Below are positions 37,681-50,100 of a stretch of 64,000 bases of DNA, piece after piece; the first letter of the stretch is position 1; each line of letters starts with the position of its first letter. The DNA lies in contig NC_073406.1 of assembly GCF_028641065.1 (NCBI RefSeq), forward strand, positions 6,014,001 to 6,078,000. Direction: 5' to 3'. The notes under the pieces were generated by a model that did not search any database, was not told where the DNA came from, and was given only the letters and a program-made list of their open reading frames with translations. The translations under genes and the position numbers were made by a program. The stretch is from Leucoraja erinacea (Eukaryota).

Positions 37681-38379
37681 TCTTCTCCTCGTAATTTTGT
37701 ACATGTTATCAGAACCCTGAGCCTCTTCTGCTACAAGGTAAACAAAACCAGCCTTTCTAATTTCTCTTCACATCCCAGGTTGATACATTTTCTTCTATGT
37801 AATATGCCCTATATATGGAATTAAATAGCAACATATGTGTAGATTGTCTTAGATTCCATCTCATCGCTTTTTAAAGCCTGTTCAAAAAACAAAATCACCG
37901 GCATTTTATGGTCAGGGATCATGTGGAGACAAGAAGAGCTCACGTTTTTTACATTATTTCTGCTGCAGCAGCAGTACTCATACAAGGAGCGTGGAAACCT
38001 GCTGGGCATCCCTTTGAAGTTGAAAATACTGGCTTGGTAGCTCATGTCAAACCTTCAGGCCAGTTTGTGGTAGGAGGGAAGCAGCTGCTGAGATGCGGGC
38101 TGTTTGAGGGGGCTGGGTCGGTCTGGAAGTTATTTCACTAATGACCCAACAAAAAAAACGACACATGTGTCAAACTCACTTTTCAAAATCTTTCAAAGAA
38201 TTCACACAGCACTTTGAGCGTGAGAACCCTGCTGTATTTCCCCAGTTGTAGAATATGTCCTCTCCATAGCTTCGTGAATAAATCCTATAAAACATAGCAA
38301 TAAAACTTCATTCTCCAAATCCTAGTTTGGATATTGTGACAAAACCTCAAATGGGGTCCATTATTTGGAATGGGGTCCA

Positions 38380-38505
38380 TTATTGCTACTTGTCTGCTGT
38401 AAAACATTACGCAGAAGTATTACCTGATCTAAGCTACAAATCAAGGTCTCAATACAATGCAACCAATGGCCCTGTGACAAAACACCTGGAAACTCATTGT
38501 AGCCA

Positions 38506-38550
<45 letters not shown>

Positions 38551-38895
38551 AGACAAAAGTGCTGGAGAAACTCAGCGGGTGCAGCAGCAATGTTGCCCAT
38601 TTCCTTCGCTCCATAGATGCTGCTGCACCCGCTGAGTTTCTCCAGCACTTTTGTCTACCTTCGATTTTCCAGCATCTGCAGTTCTTTCTTAAACTCATTG
38701 TAGCCGGGGACTTCAATCAAGCCAACCTCACGAGTGTTCTGCCAAAATGCTATCAGCATGTGTTTTGTCCCACCAGGGGTCAGAACACCCTCGACCAGTG
38801 CAACACATCCATAAAAAACTCCTATTGCTCCATTCTCTGGCCACATTTCGAGATACCAGATCACCCAACTGTGCTTCTATTCCATATCAGCTAGA
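38380..38895 (+). mobile_element. LINE AP-endonuclease fragment (Rex1/Babar-like)
   Basis: IVAGDFNQANLTSVLPKCYQHVFCPTRGQNTLDQC...PHFEIPDH (GDFN and xDH motifs). Confidence 0.72.
38505..38690. mobile_element. Poly-G plus inverted mini-element with 15-bp TSD, inserted into a LINE endonuclease fragment
   Basis: AAACTCATTGTAGCC at 38490-38504 and 38691-38705. Confidence 0.78.
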
Positions 38896-38909
38896 CAAAG
38901 GAGATTATG

Positions 38910-39095
38910 TGTAGGGGAGAACTGCAGATGCTGGTTAAATTGAAGATAGACACAAAATGCTGGAGTAACTCAGCGGAACAGGCAGCATCTCTGGAGAGAA
39001 GGAATGTGTGACATTTTGGGTCGAGACCCTTCTTCAGACTGAAGAAGGATCTCAACCCGAAACGTCACCCATTCAGACTGAAGAAGGGTCTCAAC
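38910..39095. mobile_element. Mini-element with back-to-back hammerhead cores
   Basis: Minus-strand core 39010-39037 (degenerate), plus-strand core 39039-39066, truncated plus-strand core from 39078. Confidence 0.72.
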
Positions 39096-41040
39096 TACTT
39101 TTATCCTTTATCTGTGCACTGTGGATAGTTTGATCGTCTTCATGCAGTATTTTTTTTTGACTGGATAGAATGCAAACAGAGAGTTTTTCATTGTACCTCA
39201 GTGCATGTGACAATAATAAACCAATCTAACCTCAGGTAGGCAACTTGGTCAGAATATTCACGTTGCACTAGAGGGCCTTGCTTGCATTCTGTATGCAAAA
39301 GAAAACACCCTCAAAGCACTGGAACAATAACACCAAAGCAATCTCCACAGAATTCCAGAACCCCACTGGCAATACAAGTGAATCAGTATCAGCAATCCTA
39401 CCTAGGCTAACATCTCTGTGATGTAATCTGAATCTGAATCGGAATCCCAAGCACTGCCTTTAAATACACTCAGTTGGCTTCAATGGGCAAGCTATGTCAC
39501 CAGACTGTCTGGTTGTATGACAGTCACTAGATTCTTAAAAGAGACTTTATGCTTTAAGCTCCGTCACATTAAGAAATCATCAGATGGACAGAGGTAAAGA
39601 TTCAATGTTGTTCCCAAATCTTCCATGAAGAAGAATAACATCACCACTGATTTGTAGAAGTGTAATTGCCACTCAAAATGTGAAGGAGCATTCAGGATGA
39701 ACTGATGACCTTATATCCCAGTGACGGATCTTCATGTATCACTGCAGCAGTCTGATTCAACCGATTAACTTGTTCAGCACTTCCAATCAACACATAGGCA
39801 TAGGATTGCAGTTGGCTTTCTACACACAGAGAAGCACAGGCAAAGGAGCTCCCTGATGAACCATCCACCTATGCTGTTCATAGGAGAGCCACCAAAATAA
39901 AATTAGCCATGACAGTAGGAGATTAAATATTATTGTACCATAAATTAGCACAGATTTCTTCCCTGGATATGTTTGAGGAAGACATAATTGCCTTGTTTAG
40001 AGATAAAACTAGAAAGATATTTGAAGGGCGAAAAGTGGAACAATAAAATTTCTATTTTTCTTGCTTGATTTGTTGACCATCTTACATTTTTTTTAAATAT
40101 TTTTATTTATTAGAAATACAGTAAGTTACAGTAGTACAAGCCACATATATCTTATTACATTTATTGTACCCCTTCATTTTTTAAGCTTTAAGGAAAGACA
40201 GAAATAAAGAAAGTAAAGAAAGAGAGATAGAGAGAGATAGTCATGTTAGTGTGAAAGTGATCAAAAAGAATGTAAACTTATGTAAGACCATCTTACACTT
40301 ATGCAATCTGTTTTTTGAACCTTCTATGTAAAAACACCTCTATCTATTAAATAATGTTGTTATTTTGAAGCTCCCTGCCATATCATTTTGCATATTTTTA
40401 AAGACTTCCAGGTTGTTAACTTTCTTAATTGTTAAATTCTCAGTTCTGATTGCATTTAGACATTGTTTGAACACTTCTATTATGTTGCCTAGGAATAGGT
40501 GGTGAACATGGGAAGAATAATTACTAACAGAAAGGGTAAAAAGCCTTAATGAACCTGTCTGAACCACGTACATTTCTAGTCAAGAACACACTTGTGTTGT
40601 TTGATGTATTAATGTTCTTGTAAAAATCACAAAGGTCTGCTTCAATGATAATAAACTATAAGCCACATACACATACTGCCACATTTTGAGTTCTCTAGAA
40701 CGGTATGGTACATTACGAGGAGAAAATAAAACTGGTCCACTGCCTTCTCATGAATGATGTGCTTTACTCAATAGCTGTTACTAATCTCTCAATGTTTTTA
40801 AATATATATCTCCCACCTGAGATATTGTTTAGTATGGTAGTGACCATAGATCTGTTACGACTCTCCTATCACTTCAGATTGGTGATGCTGATTGGGACAA
40901 GTGGACTAGATCTCAGGCTTAGGAACTAGGGTGAAGCTAGACACAAAATGCTGGAGTATTTCAGCGGGACAGGCAGCATCTCTGGAGAGAAGGATAGGGT
41001 GACGTTTCGGGTGGGTGGAAAGGATTGGGGATGTGCAAAG

Positions 41041-41083
<43 letters not shown>

Positions 41084-41084
41084 A

Positions 41085-41450
41085 GGGAGGGAAATCATTC
41101 TACCCACGATAGAAGGGAGAGGAGTTGTACAGTTTGATAGCCGCAGGGAAGAAGGATCTCCTGTGGCGTTCAATACTGCATCTTGGTGGAACCAGTCTGT
41201 TGCTCAGGTTGACCAGTGTGTCATGGAGGGGGTGAGCTGTATTGTCCAACATGCTCTGTAGTTTGAGGAGCATCGTCGCCTCCAAGACCACCTCCCATGA
41301 ATCCAACTCCGCCCCCAGGACGGAGCCAGCCTTCATGATGAGTTTGTTAATCATATTGGCTACTGCGGCCTTTGCCCTGCTGCCCCAGCACACAACAGCA
41401 AAGAAGATGGCACTGGCTACCACCAATTGGTAGAACATCTGCAGCATTTT
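41085..41450 (-). mobile_element. Rex1/Babar-like LINE RT C-terminal fragment
   Basis: MLQMFYQLVVASAIFFAVVCWGS...HPLH...RRSFFPAAIKLYNS. Confidence 0.82.
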
Positions 41451-43821
41451 ACCATGCGGGGATCGCCAGCCAGCTCGGGCTTGGTGGGCCAATATCCCTA
41501 AACTAAACCATACCACACCACAGGGCAGCCTACACCTCATACTCAAGGACCATGCTGCTGCTTAACACAGATAGAGGTGGGCATAGACTACGGGCATCTG
41601 GTGGAGGTTACTGAGGTAGATGGGGTAACTCCTCAGAGTGGCTCTCAAACACTATGAAAGGAGTTATTAGTATTGTGAACCTATCATTTGCTCTCCCGCT
41701 GGGAGCTGCTTCATTCTTCAGTTTCCAGTTGGGTTTATGGGTCTGAAATGAAATTAATTAATGAGCAGTGGAGCAGCATTTCAGTCTGGGAACAATTATC
41801 TGCTATTAAATGAACACAAAATGATTACATTATGTTTTTAGGTATAATAGGGACTATTGTTTTTAAAACTAGTTTTTTTCAACCTTTTATTGAAACAACA
41901 GGAGTAGGCCCACCTGGCACCTCAGGCCTACCCAACATTCAATATGATCATGGCTGATTTGCTTCAGGCCTCTGCTACAGTTCAACATACAGTAGCTCTC
42001 AATTCACCAATTTTTCAAAAATTATCTAATTGATATCTCCGTTGATTAAGCCTGTACAATCCTCTGGAATAGAGACTTCCATAAGCAGGAGTATCTCAGA
42101 ATCCACCCAGTCATAACCCTGAAGAATCTATTTTTCGACAAGATTGCACCAATGTTCTAAACTCCAAAGAATATAAATCTTTGTTTTGTTACTGGTGGGA
42201 GAAAGCCATGCCATCCCAGGGAATATCTTCTGGGTTGCCTCCATTGCTAGTAATTCCTTTTCCAAATAAGATTAAAAAATGTACACATTGCACCAGATGC
42301 TCACTGAATGAATTGGTCAAATCACAGCTCTCAATGGGTACATCACTGGCTGCCTGGATATGACTAGTATATTAAAACAAATTTAAATGCTGGAAATCTG
42401 AAATAACACAAAAGGCGAGAGACACCTGGGAGGTCAGGTAGCATTCGTGGAAAGAGAAGGACTTAACATTTCAGGCCCAGTCCCTATGTTTTAATACAGT
42501 CTCCTCTATTTTTTCTAATCTCTGAAGGATGCCTGATCTACTTATTTTCACATCTTATACAGATGCCATGTCTATGACATAAGGCTAAAATTGGGTTTTT
42601 TTCCCCATCTTTAAAAAAAATCATACAAGATTACAATCAAAACCAGACATGAATACAACAGGTAGCGTAAGAGAAAGGAGTGCAGTACATAGTGGTACGG
42701 AAACAGAGAAATTGCAGTAAAAAAATGCAAGGGCTGCAATGTGGTCGTTTACTAGAGCGTGAATACCTTCTTAGCTTGTGAGAGGTCTGAATTATTATCA
42801 AAATTATGCACAATTTCCATATGTGTTCACACCAGGACTCCAAATAATGATAAAACAATATCCTTAGTCTTACATACTCAATTTTTCTAGCCAAAACGGC
42901 AACATATTAACATGTAGAAGCTTGCTGCATTTGCATGTTAGCCTTCAGTGACGTGTACAAGAACACAGAGGCCATTTGAATATCATCTGCTTCCACTATC
43001 CATCTTTTAAAAAGGTACTCCATATCACTAATATTTTTATCCTACTGTATAACTGCTCCAGGATTGTCATTGTACATTCAATGCAAAAATGCATGCAGGA
43101 CTGTAAAGTTTCCTAGTTGCCAAGTTGTCATTAACTATTTTTGAAGTCCCTAGAAATAACAGTGGTATCTGACCGGCATGTGTTTTGACAATGCAATGCC
43201 GGAGAATATGCCCCACTGTTTCAGAGAACATTATAAGCGTCCTGGTAGAACTAAAGAAAGGTGGGGTTTATCTTGTGTAAGGGAACTGCCGAGACTGATC
43301 TCAGAAAGCCTTATAGACTCTCAGTAATGGTCTCCAATACACAGTGCTGGTAAAATAATTATGATTTTACCAGATTGGTCAAGATAATACACATACTCAA
43401 ATAATGTCATTCTTCAAGGGATAACAACAGCAGCATAACACTATGTCAACAATAATTGTTTAAGAAAAGTCAAAACTCATCTTATCTGGCAAACTCATAG
43501 CCACAAATACTGTCACACGCATTGATTCTAAGACACACAACGCATTTCACAAGCTGCTGGCCCAATGAACAAACACTAACTAGAAAGCTCAAATTGATAG
43601 AAACCAGGCTGTCTTTCTGCACTAGAGAGTCAAAACTACACATACACAAAAGGCTGACTCTTGGAAAAATGTGTTTATTCCTCTTGTGTGTGCAGCATAT
43701 TTGAGGTCAGCCACAAACTCGGAGTTATTGAAAATACCCAGAGTGGATCAGATGTGTTTTCAATGATGTTCCACCATCCTTATTCACATTACTGCCCATT
43801 TCTCAGCTGACAAACTGTATG

Positions 43822-43920
43822 TATCTGAAGAAGGGTCTCGACCTGAAACGCCACCTATTCCTTTTCTCCAGAGATGCCGTCTGACCCGTTGAGTTACTCG
43901 AGCATTTTGTGTCTATCTTT
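43822..43920 (+). mobile_element. Mini-element; hammerhead core with mutated triplet (GCC)
   Basis: CTGAAGAAGGGTCTCGACCTGAAACGCC followed by family tail ...gagttactcgagcattttgtgtctatc. Confidence 0.7.
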
Positions 43921-44578
43921 TGTGTATATTCCCCATTCTTATGTTTCAATGCTTATCAATACAAATGGGTTTTCTCTCCCTCTAACTGTTATTTTAACAA
44001 GAAGACGTTTGGAAAAGTAAAGGTGGGACGCTCTCTCACAAGAACAGGAGTAAACAGAACGATACGGATGGAGAATCCACCTGAATAATCTGACGGGAGA
44101 GTTGGTTAACTAAATAAATCTCAATCATAGAGACTCTTACTGCAGCCACAGACACTGCATTATTGCATCAGACTCCACTGTCAATAGTTCTAATACAAGT
44201 ACTGGAAGGGATAAGCAGCAAGAATCTTCAGGCAAAATCAGAAAGGCAGGGGCTCTGAGATCTGACTGGAGTAAACAATGGCACAGCACTTTTAGCTGAG
44301 GACCATGAAAGGGAAGAACTTTGGAGAGGGTTGGAGGTGATGTTTACTGGTATGCTATGGCTAAAGACTTATCTGACTGCCAATTTACTGCAGCATATTT
44401 GAAACAGGAGTCGCATCTCGTTGTGCAAATGTGGAGAGATAATGTTTCACTGTAAAGGCTTTCCACTTCGACCTCCCACATCATAAAACCTCATGGATTT
44501 TGTGATTGCTTTTACACGGATAAAATCAATTAAATGTACATGCTTGATAAGAGATTCAACCTGCATCCTTGGAGATCT

Positions 44579-44910
44579 AGGCGACATCGTGGCGCAGCGG
44601 TAGAGTTGCTGCCTAAAGGGCCTGTCCCACTTGAGCGTTATTTGCGCGCGAAGATTTTGCGAATCCTAAAATCCTGGGGCACCGCTCGCAACCGCACGTA
44701 AATTATGTTGCGTAAATGACACGCAAATGACACCCAAGTGGGACAGGCCCTTTACAGTGCTAGAGACCTGGGTTCGATACTGACTACGTGCGCTGTTTGT
44801 ATGGAGTTCATACATTCTCCCTTTGACCGAATGGGTTTAATGGGTGCTCTGGTTTCCTCCCACATTCCAACCACGTGCAGGTTTGTAGGTTAATTGGCTC
44901 CGTAAATTGA
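44579..44910 (+). mobile_element. tRNA-derived V-SINE (HE1-like), split by a MITE
   Basis: A box TGGCGCAGCGG (44590-44600), B box GGTTCGATAC (44771-44780), central 'gggtgctctggtttcctcccaca' domain. Confidence 0.75.
44617..44751. mobile_element. MITE with 17-bp TIR (PIF/Harbinger-like)
   Basis: AGGGCCTGTCCCACTTG...CAAGTGGGACAGGCCCT, flanked by TAA and TTA. Confidence 0.8.
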
Positions 44911-45084
44911 AGTGGAGTAGGGAGAAAAAAATGTGTGCATTCAGAGCTTTCATCAACAGCAAGCAGATGTTGATATTTGCTCTTCAGAAAGCTATGTTAC
45001 AAAGCAGACAATGCAAATAAAACATGTTTCTGCTGACAGTGATGAAGATCGTAGTTAAAAACAGAGGGACAATATTTTAGTTTC

Positions 45085-45367
45085 ATTTGGCGCAGAAACA
45101 GCCCTTCGGCCCGCCTTCAGACCAGCGACCCCTGCAAATTAACATTATCCTACACACACTAGGAATAATTTACCCTTATACCAAGCCAATTAACCTACAT
45201 ACCTGGATGCCTTTGGAGTGTGGGAGGAAATTGAAGATCTCGGAGAAAACCCACGCGGTCACGGGAAGAACGTACAAACTCCGTACAGACAGCACCCATA
45301 GTCGGGATTGAACCCAGCTCTCTGGTGCTGTAAGGCAGCAATTCTACTGCTGTGCTACTGTGCCGCC
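45085..45367 (-). mobile_element. tRNA-derived V-SINE (HE1-like)
   Basis: Reverse complement of the same family; further copies at ~37205-37480 (-) and ~4225-4385 (+, degenerate). Confidence 0.75.
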
Positions 45368-45956
45368 CATAAATAATATGTTCCAATATTTTCTGCCTGG
45401 GATTCAGAGCATTGTAAAAATGGTCATGCAACAAACCCGGGTTCAGATTGCAGCCCTGAACTGCTATTCTTCCTCATTGGTCACCCTCTGACTATCAATG
45501 ATCGGACTTTACTGGTTTTACCTTGCACTATTGCCTTACAATGTATCTATACAATGTCAATGGCTCGATTGTAATCATGTATTGTCTTTCCGCTGACTGG
45601 ATAGCACACAACATAAGCTTTTCACTGTACCTCAGTATACATGACAATAAACAAAACTGAAGATATTATTTCTGAGTGTCAAGCATGATATTGGACCCCA
45701 AAATACAACTACCTAATGGGATCCATTATCTTGGCAGATATCTTTGAACACTCGTCAAAATCTCACTCCATTTTGTCTTTAATACTAACATTTAAGTACC
45801 CCAATTATTTTGAGGTAGATGAATTTCCATTTTCTGTCAGTGTGAAATTGAAGTATGCACCTGTAATTGAATTATGCAAATGAAGCTAGATGCAGAATGT
45901 TCTGTTTATGCTTTCAATTGTCTGTTAAATAGTGCAATAGTGCTTCTAAAGCAGAA

Positions 45957-45995
<39 letters not shown>

Positions 45996-46018
45996 GATGG
46001 ATGTTCAAGATCAAAAGG

Positions 46019-46112
46019 TCTAAAGAGGGGTCTTGACCCAAAACGTCACCCATTCCTTCTCTCCAGAGATGCTGCCTGTCCCACTGAGTTACTCCAGCTT
46101 TTTGTGTCTATC
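46019..46112 (+). mobile_element. Mini-element with 13-bp TSD
   Basis: CAAGATCAAAAGG at 46006-46018 and 46113-46125. Confidence 0.78.
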
Positions 46113-47408
46113 CAAGATCAAAAGGACCATGCGCTCACCAATTTCAGAACTAGGAGTGACTACATCGAGTCAAAATTTCATGCACTTGGAATGACCACTC
46201 ACATCAGCAGATAAATTAAGTGTATTTGTACATAGGGAATTACAACTTGTACTGAAAGTGTTCAGGGAAGCTGGTATCATGGAGTAGTGGCGCCTCACAG
46301 ACATCCGAGAGAGGTTCATAGATTAACTGGGGAGTTAATGTTATGTTTCAGAGTTTGTTCGTGTTGTGTAGAATGGCTGCAGTACTCCCGCAAGAACTTG
46401 GAAGATTCTATTTCTCTGCTATACTGTTTCTACCCCACCCGAATCTCCAGTCTTCAGTATTTTGGACACAGTCCTGTATGTCGTACTTTCAGCCCAGTTC
46501 TGAAATTATCAGCACATTCCAAGCAGCTTATTTCATTCCAGCGCCGTGCAGTTTGTTGATTCTGCTGGTCGGCAATATTCACAGTCCCATGTGAGATACA
46601 GAAACAAGCGGCAGCCTTGTGAACCATAGATCTCTTTATTCAAAAAGCACAGTTGCAACTAACCTACAAATTCACACTGCTAACCTGCTAAATAGTTAAC
46701 AAGAGAGTCAGTAAATTCAATAATTTTGATTGACATTTTAGCCTGCTGCTCTTATATTTTTGTTCAGTAATGCTCTCTCTGGGTAACTTAAATGGGGAAT
46801 TTCCCTGTTGACAGAAAAATAGAAAATGGCACCACAGAAGAAGCATATAACAATACAGTACTGCATTATTGGAAAGAAATGAACTTGAAGTGAATTACTT
46901 TTGATACAGGGGCTGCCTTCCGCAATCACGTGAACTTAACCCGATGAGAAAGTGTCTAAAATTGGAGGAGCATCTCAGTCTGGACATTATGAGATTAATT
47001 TCATATTTCTTTGACACAATGAAAGAATGGATTGAAAGTGAGTAGGTTAAGAGAAAGGGGTGAATGAGGGTTGATGTAGTCAGTAGGAAAGAGAAGATTT
47101 TGTGGTTCGAATGATTAGTAGATCCCCTGGAGAAAGTGCTTTTGTCCGATTCTGTTTTTTTTCAGGATTCTGCCAATTTTATACCAAAGATTTCACTGAA
47201 ATTTAGATTGTTCCTCAGAAATGTAAAACAACAAAATGGCATTTCACTACCTTGGTACATGTGACTATACTAAACTAAATGCAATATTGAATAAAATATA
47301 GTGACTGATCCTGGACTGAAAAACTGGCAAATAACGAATGCAAGCTTTTAGCCGGCACGTTCAACCTAATCGAATAAATATACATCTTACACACCAGTAA
47401 ACGACTTA

Positions 47409-47614
47409 TGCCCCTGTCCCACTTAGGAAACCTGAACGCAAACCATTGGAGACTTTGCGCCCCACCCAAGCTTTCCGTGCGGTTCCCGGAGGTTTTTGTC
47501 AGTCTCCCTACCTGCTTCCACCACCTGCAACCTCCGGGAACCGCACGGAAACCTTGGGTGGGACGCAAAGTCTCCAGAGGTTTCCGTTCAGGTTTCCTAA
47601 GTGGGACAGGGGCA
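47409..47614. mobile_element. Almost fully palindromic MITE (PIF/Harbinger-like)
   Basis: TGCCCCTGTCCCACTTAGGAAACCTGAACG...CGTTCAGGTTTCCTAAGTGGGACAGGGGCA; TTA and TGA flanks. Confidence 0.82.
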
Positions 47615-49780
47615 TGACTGTTTTGTCACGATAGATGTGTGTTCCATATCAAAGGGATTGAGAGTGCACATAGATTTAATAAGAAACATGGACATCTATC
47701 AATTTTACCATTTGGTCATTGAAGCATTCAGTGTTGAACTGGAAATGGGTCCATACTTTCTGACTGTCAGAAAGTTAAAGAAAGAGCAGACACCCTATCT
47801 GCAACCAATGACTCCGAGTCATGTCTGATACCAAAGGTAAATCCCAAACAATTGAAGTCAACTTTGAATTAATTTCCCCACCAAAATATGTCTTTACTCT
47901 TACAAGTTAAGCACAATTCCACAGACCAATACATATTTTGAGATATTTTAGCGGCTACAAAAATCAGACGTGAAAAATGGTAATTTTGTGCATCATCTTA
48001 TTTCACTGTTAATTGAAATCCCCATTGGATGGATATTAAAGTTGGTTCCACCCAACCTGCCAAGTTTACTTGCCAGCATAATCTCAGTGGTGACTTAAGG
48101 CCCCGTCTGCCCTTACAGTAGTCTGTAAAAACAAAACCCCATGGCATCATTCATAGAATGAGCAGCGTTCTCAGTTTTCCGGACAATATTACTTAATTCA
48201 AATATATAATTTAATGAAAAGATTATTTATGTACCTGCTGTGACCTCACCTCTGAAGTACTTTGTGGTAACCCGAACTCCAGGAATTCAAAATATAACTT
48301 AAATGTGTTTGATTTATATTGAAGTGTTGCCTTTCACTGTGGGGTTTGTTCATTGGAGTACCATTGCATAGCTGATTATCCTCATAGGGATATTTCTTTG
48401 GCTGGTGACACTACCAAACATTCTATCAATACTGCCTATTTGTGTATCCAGTTTTCTCGTTATGACCAGTTTCATGGGCAAGTATATTTATTGTAATCTA
48501 TTCACTAGGAATGGTTCCGATTGGTTTCACAGGCATCAACGCTGGCCGAGGTGCCATCCACGGACACACACTCCTGTTGGGATGTGGATTTCATCTTTAT
48601 TTAGCCCAGATACTTCTGCGGCAAGTCTGTATGGTTTAGAGTACGTGCAACAGGCATTAAGTTTGTCTGTTGATGCTCTTTCGAAAAGCAAGCCCAACAA
48701 ACTGTGCTGGCTCAGTGTGATGAGGGAAGTCACAAGTAGTTGGTGAATGAGAAAAATTCAACTTCTTAACCCATTAGCATCCTGAAGGGGCAGATATGAC
48801 GAGACAGCAGTTATCATTACTTAGTTTTCACTACCAGGAATCTTTCAGAATACCAGTCAAATTGTAACATATAAATTTGAGAGGGATTAAGTTCCATGGT
48901 TGGACTTCTCTTGCACAAACAAACACTTACAACAATTAGTGATCTTGCAATTATCAATCTCCTGAAGAATTTCAATGTCAATTTCCCTCTTAACAATGAT
49001 TGAGAAACTGGAGACATGGCCATAATAATACTGGTTCATTTGAACAAATGAGTGGCACTTCTGAAATTATCTGTCCCGGAGAAATGAATATGATTCACAA
49101 TTTCAAAATGCACATGCTTCGGACAGCAAATTAGTTTAAATTTTGCACGAAAGATACCAGAGCAAACAAGCACGAGTTCTCTGCAGAGCCCCATCTGAGT
49201 GTATATTTTCGACCCCATGTTGTTGTTGAACTTTACTATCGTCATACGTGGGTTTAAAAGATCAAGGTTGAGGTTTACATAAGGCAATTTCAGGCCTGTA
49301 ATCAAGGGGGCAGATTAAAGGGGAAAATAAACAAAACCAAAAAGTCTCAAGTAGTTTTATGGCCCAGAGTCAAATAAGGCTGGTTCAAGTGGAAGCTGTT
49401 CCAACTCCCAGATAATTAATAACACACATACAGAAAGCAGAAAAGACAGCTTAGGATCTGGAGCCGTGCAGAGCAGTCCGATTAACAGGAGAGTCGCAAT
49501 ACACCCTGCCGAAGTTAGAAACAGCAGAGACGTCGTCATTAATTGGAGTCAAAAACACTCATTTGGTTTAAGGGTGTTACCACAACAGAAAACCTTTACT
49601 GACAGGACACCCCCACCATCCAATCTCTCCCACCATTTCCTGATAAAAGAAATATCCAAACTTAAACAGCTCCCTTTTGGACGAAAAACATCTGGACCTT
49701 TTGCAACAAAATGCTGTGTTGATGTTATGATCTTTTTAAAATTGAGACAACTGTGAAGAGTTTACTGAAGAAAGGAGATA

Positions 49781-49829
49781 ATGCAGCAGTTAGTAAAAGT
49801 GCTCTTGTGGCATTTCCTGCTCTTACAAG
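49781..49829 (+). CDS. MXRA8: MXRA8 exon 1 (signal peptide)
   Basis: MQQLVKVLLWHFLLLQ|gtgaga; resembles the MXRA8 leader (..ILLWKLVLLQ); phase 1. Confidence 0.85.
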
Positions 49830-50029
49830 GTGAGAATTTTTATAACTTTGAAAAAATTATAGATATTTACCGGTAGTTAAAAGTTCAGAGACTTAAATCT
49901 TATTTTTGTGTCGAGATTCAAAACTTAAATGACTTTCTTCTATGTCACTCTGTAACTTTTGAAAGCAGCGATTGCAAGAGGAAAGTTTGCTGGCTAGGAT
50001 ATCTGAAGTGAATGGCATGTGTGTGATGG

Positions 50030-50100
50030 CATCAGCAATGATCACAAGTAAACAAGTCATCAGTAGCACCCGTAGTGTTTACTTGTGATCATTTCTGATG
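50030..50100. other. 71-nt near-perfect hairpin in MXRA8 intron 1
   Basis: 25-bp arms at 50030-50054 and 50076-50100 with one mismatch; 21-nt loop. Confidence 0.85.

Noticed and set aside
38327-38716. Poly-Gly / poly-Pro ORFs (also at 41025 and 53133)
   Set aside because: Translation artefacts of poly-G tracts.
44579-44790. tRNA-like A and B boxes
   Set aside because: This is the head of a tRNA-derived SINE; no cloverleaf is evident, it is followed by the SINE body, and it is interrupted by a MITE.
32000-49700. Searched by eye for TAS1R, AURKAIP1 or DVL1 exons expected from synteny
   Set aside because: No Venus-flytrap, 7TM, DIX or PDZ motifs were recognised; small or decayed exons cannot be excluded without tBLASTn.
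50020-50100. Possible C/D-box snoRNA (GTGATGG...CTGA)
   Set aside because: Box C is imperfect and the interior is fully paired in a long hairpin, leaving no free guide sequence.
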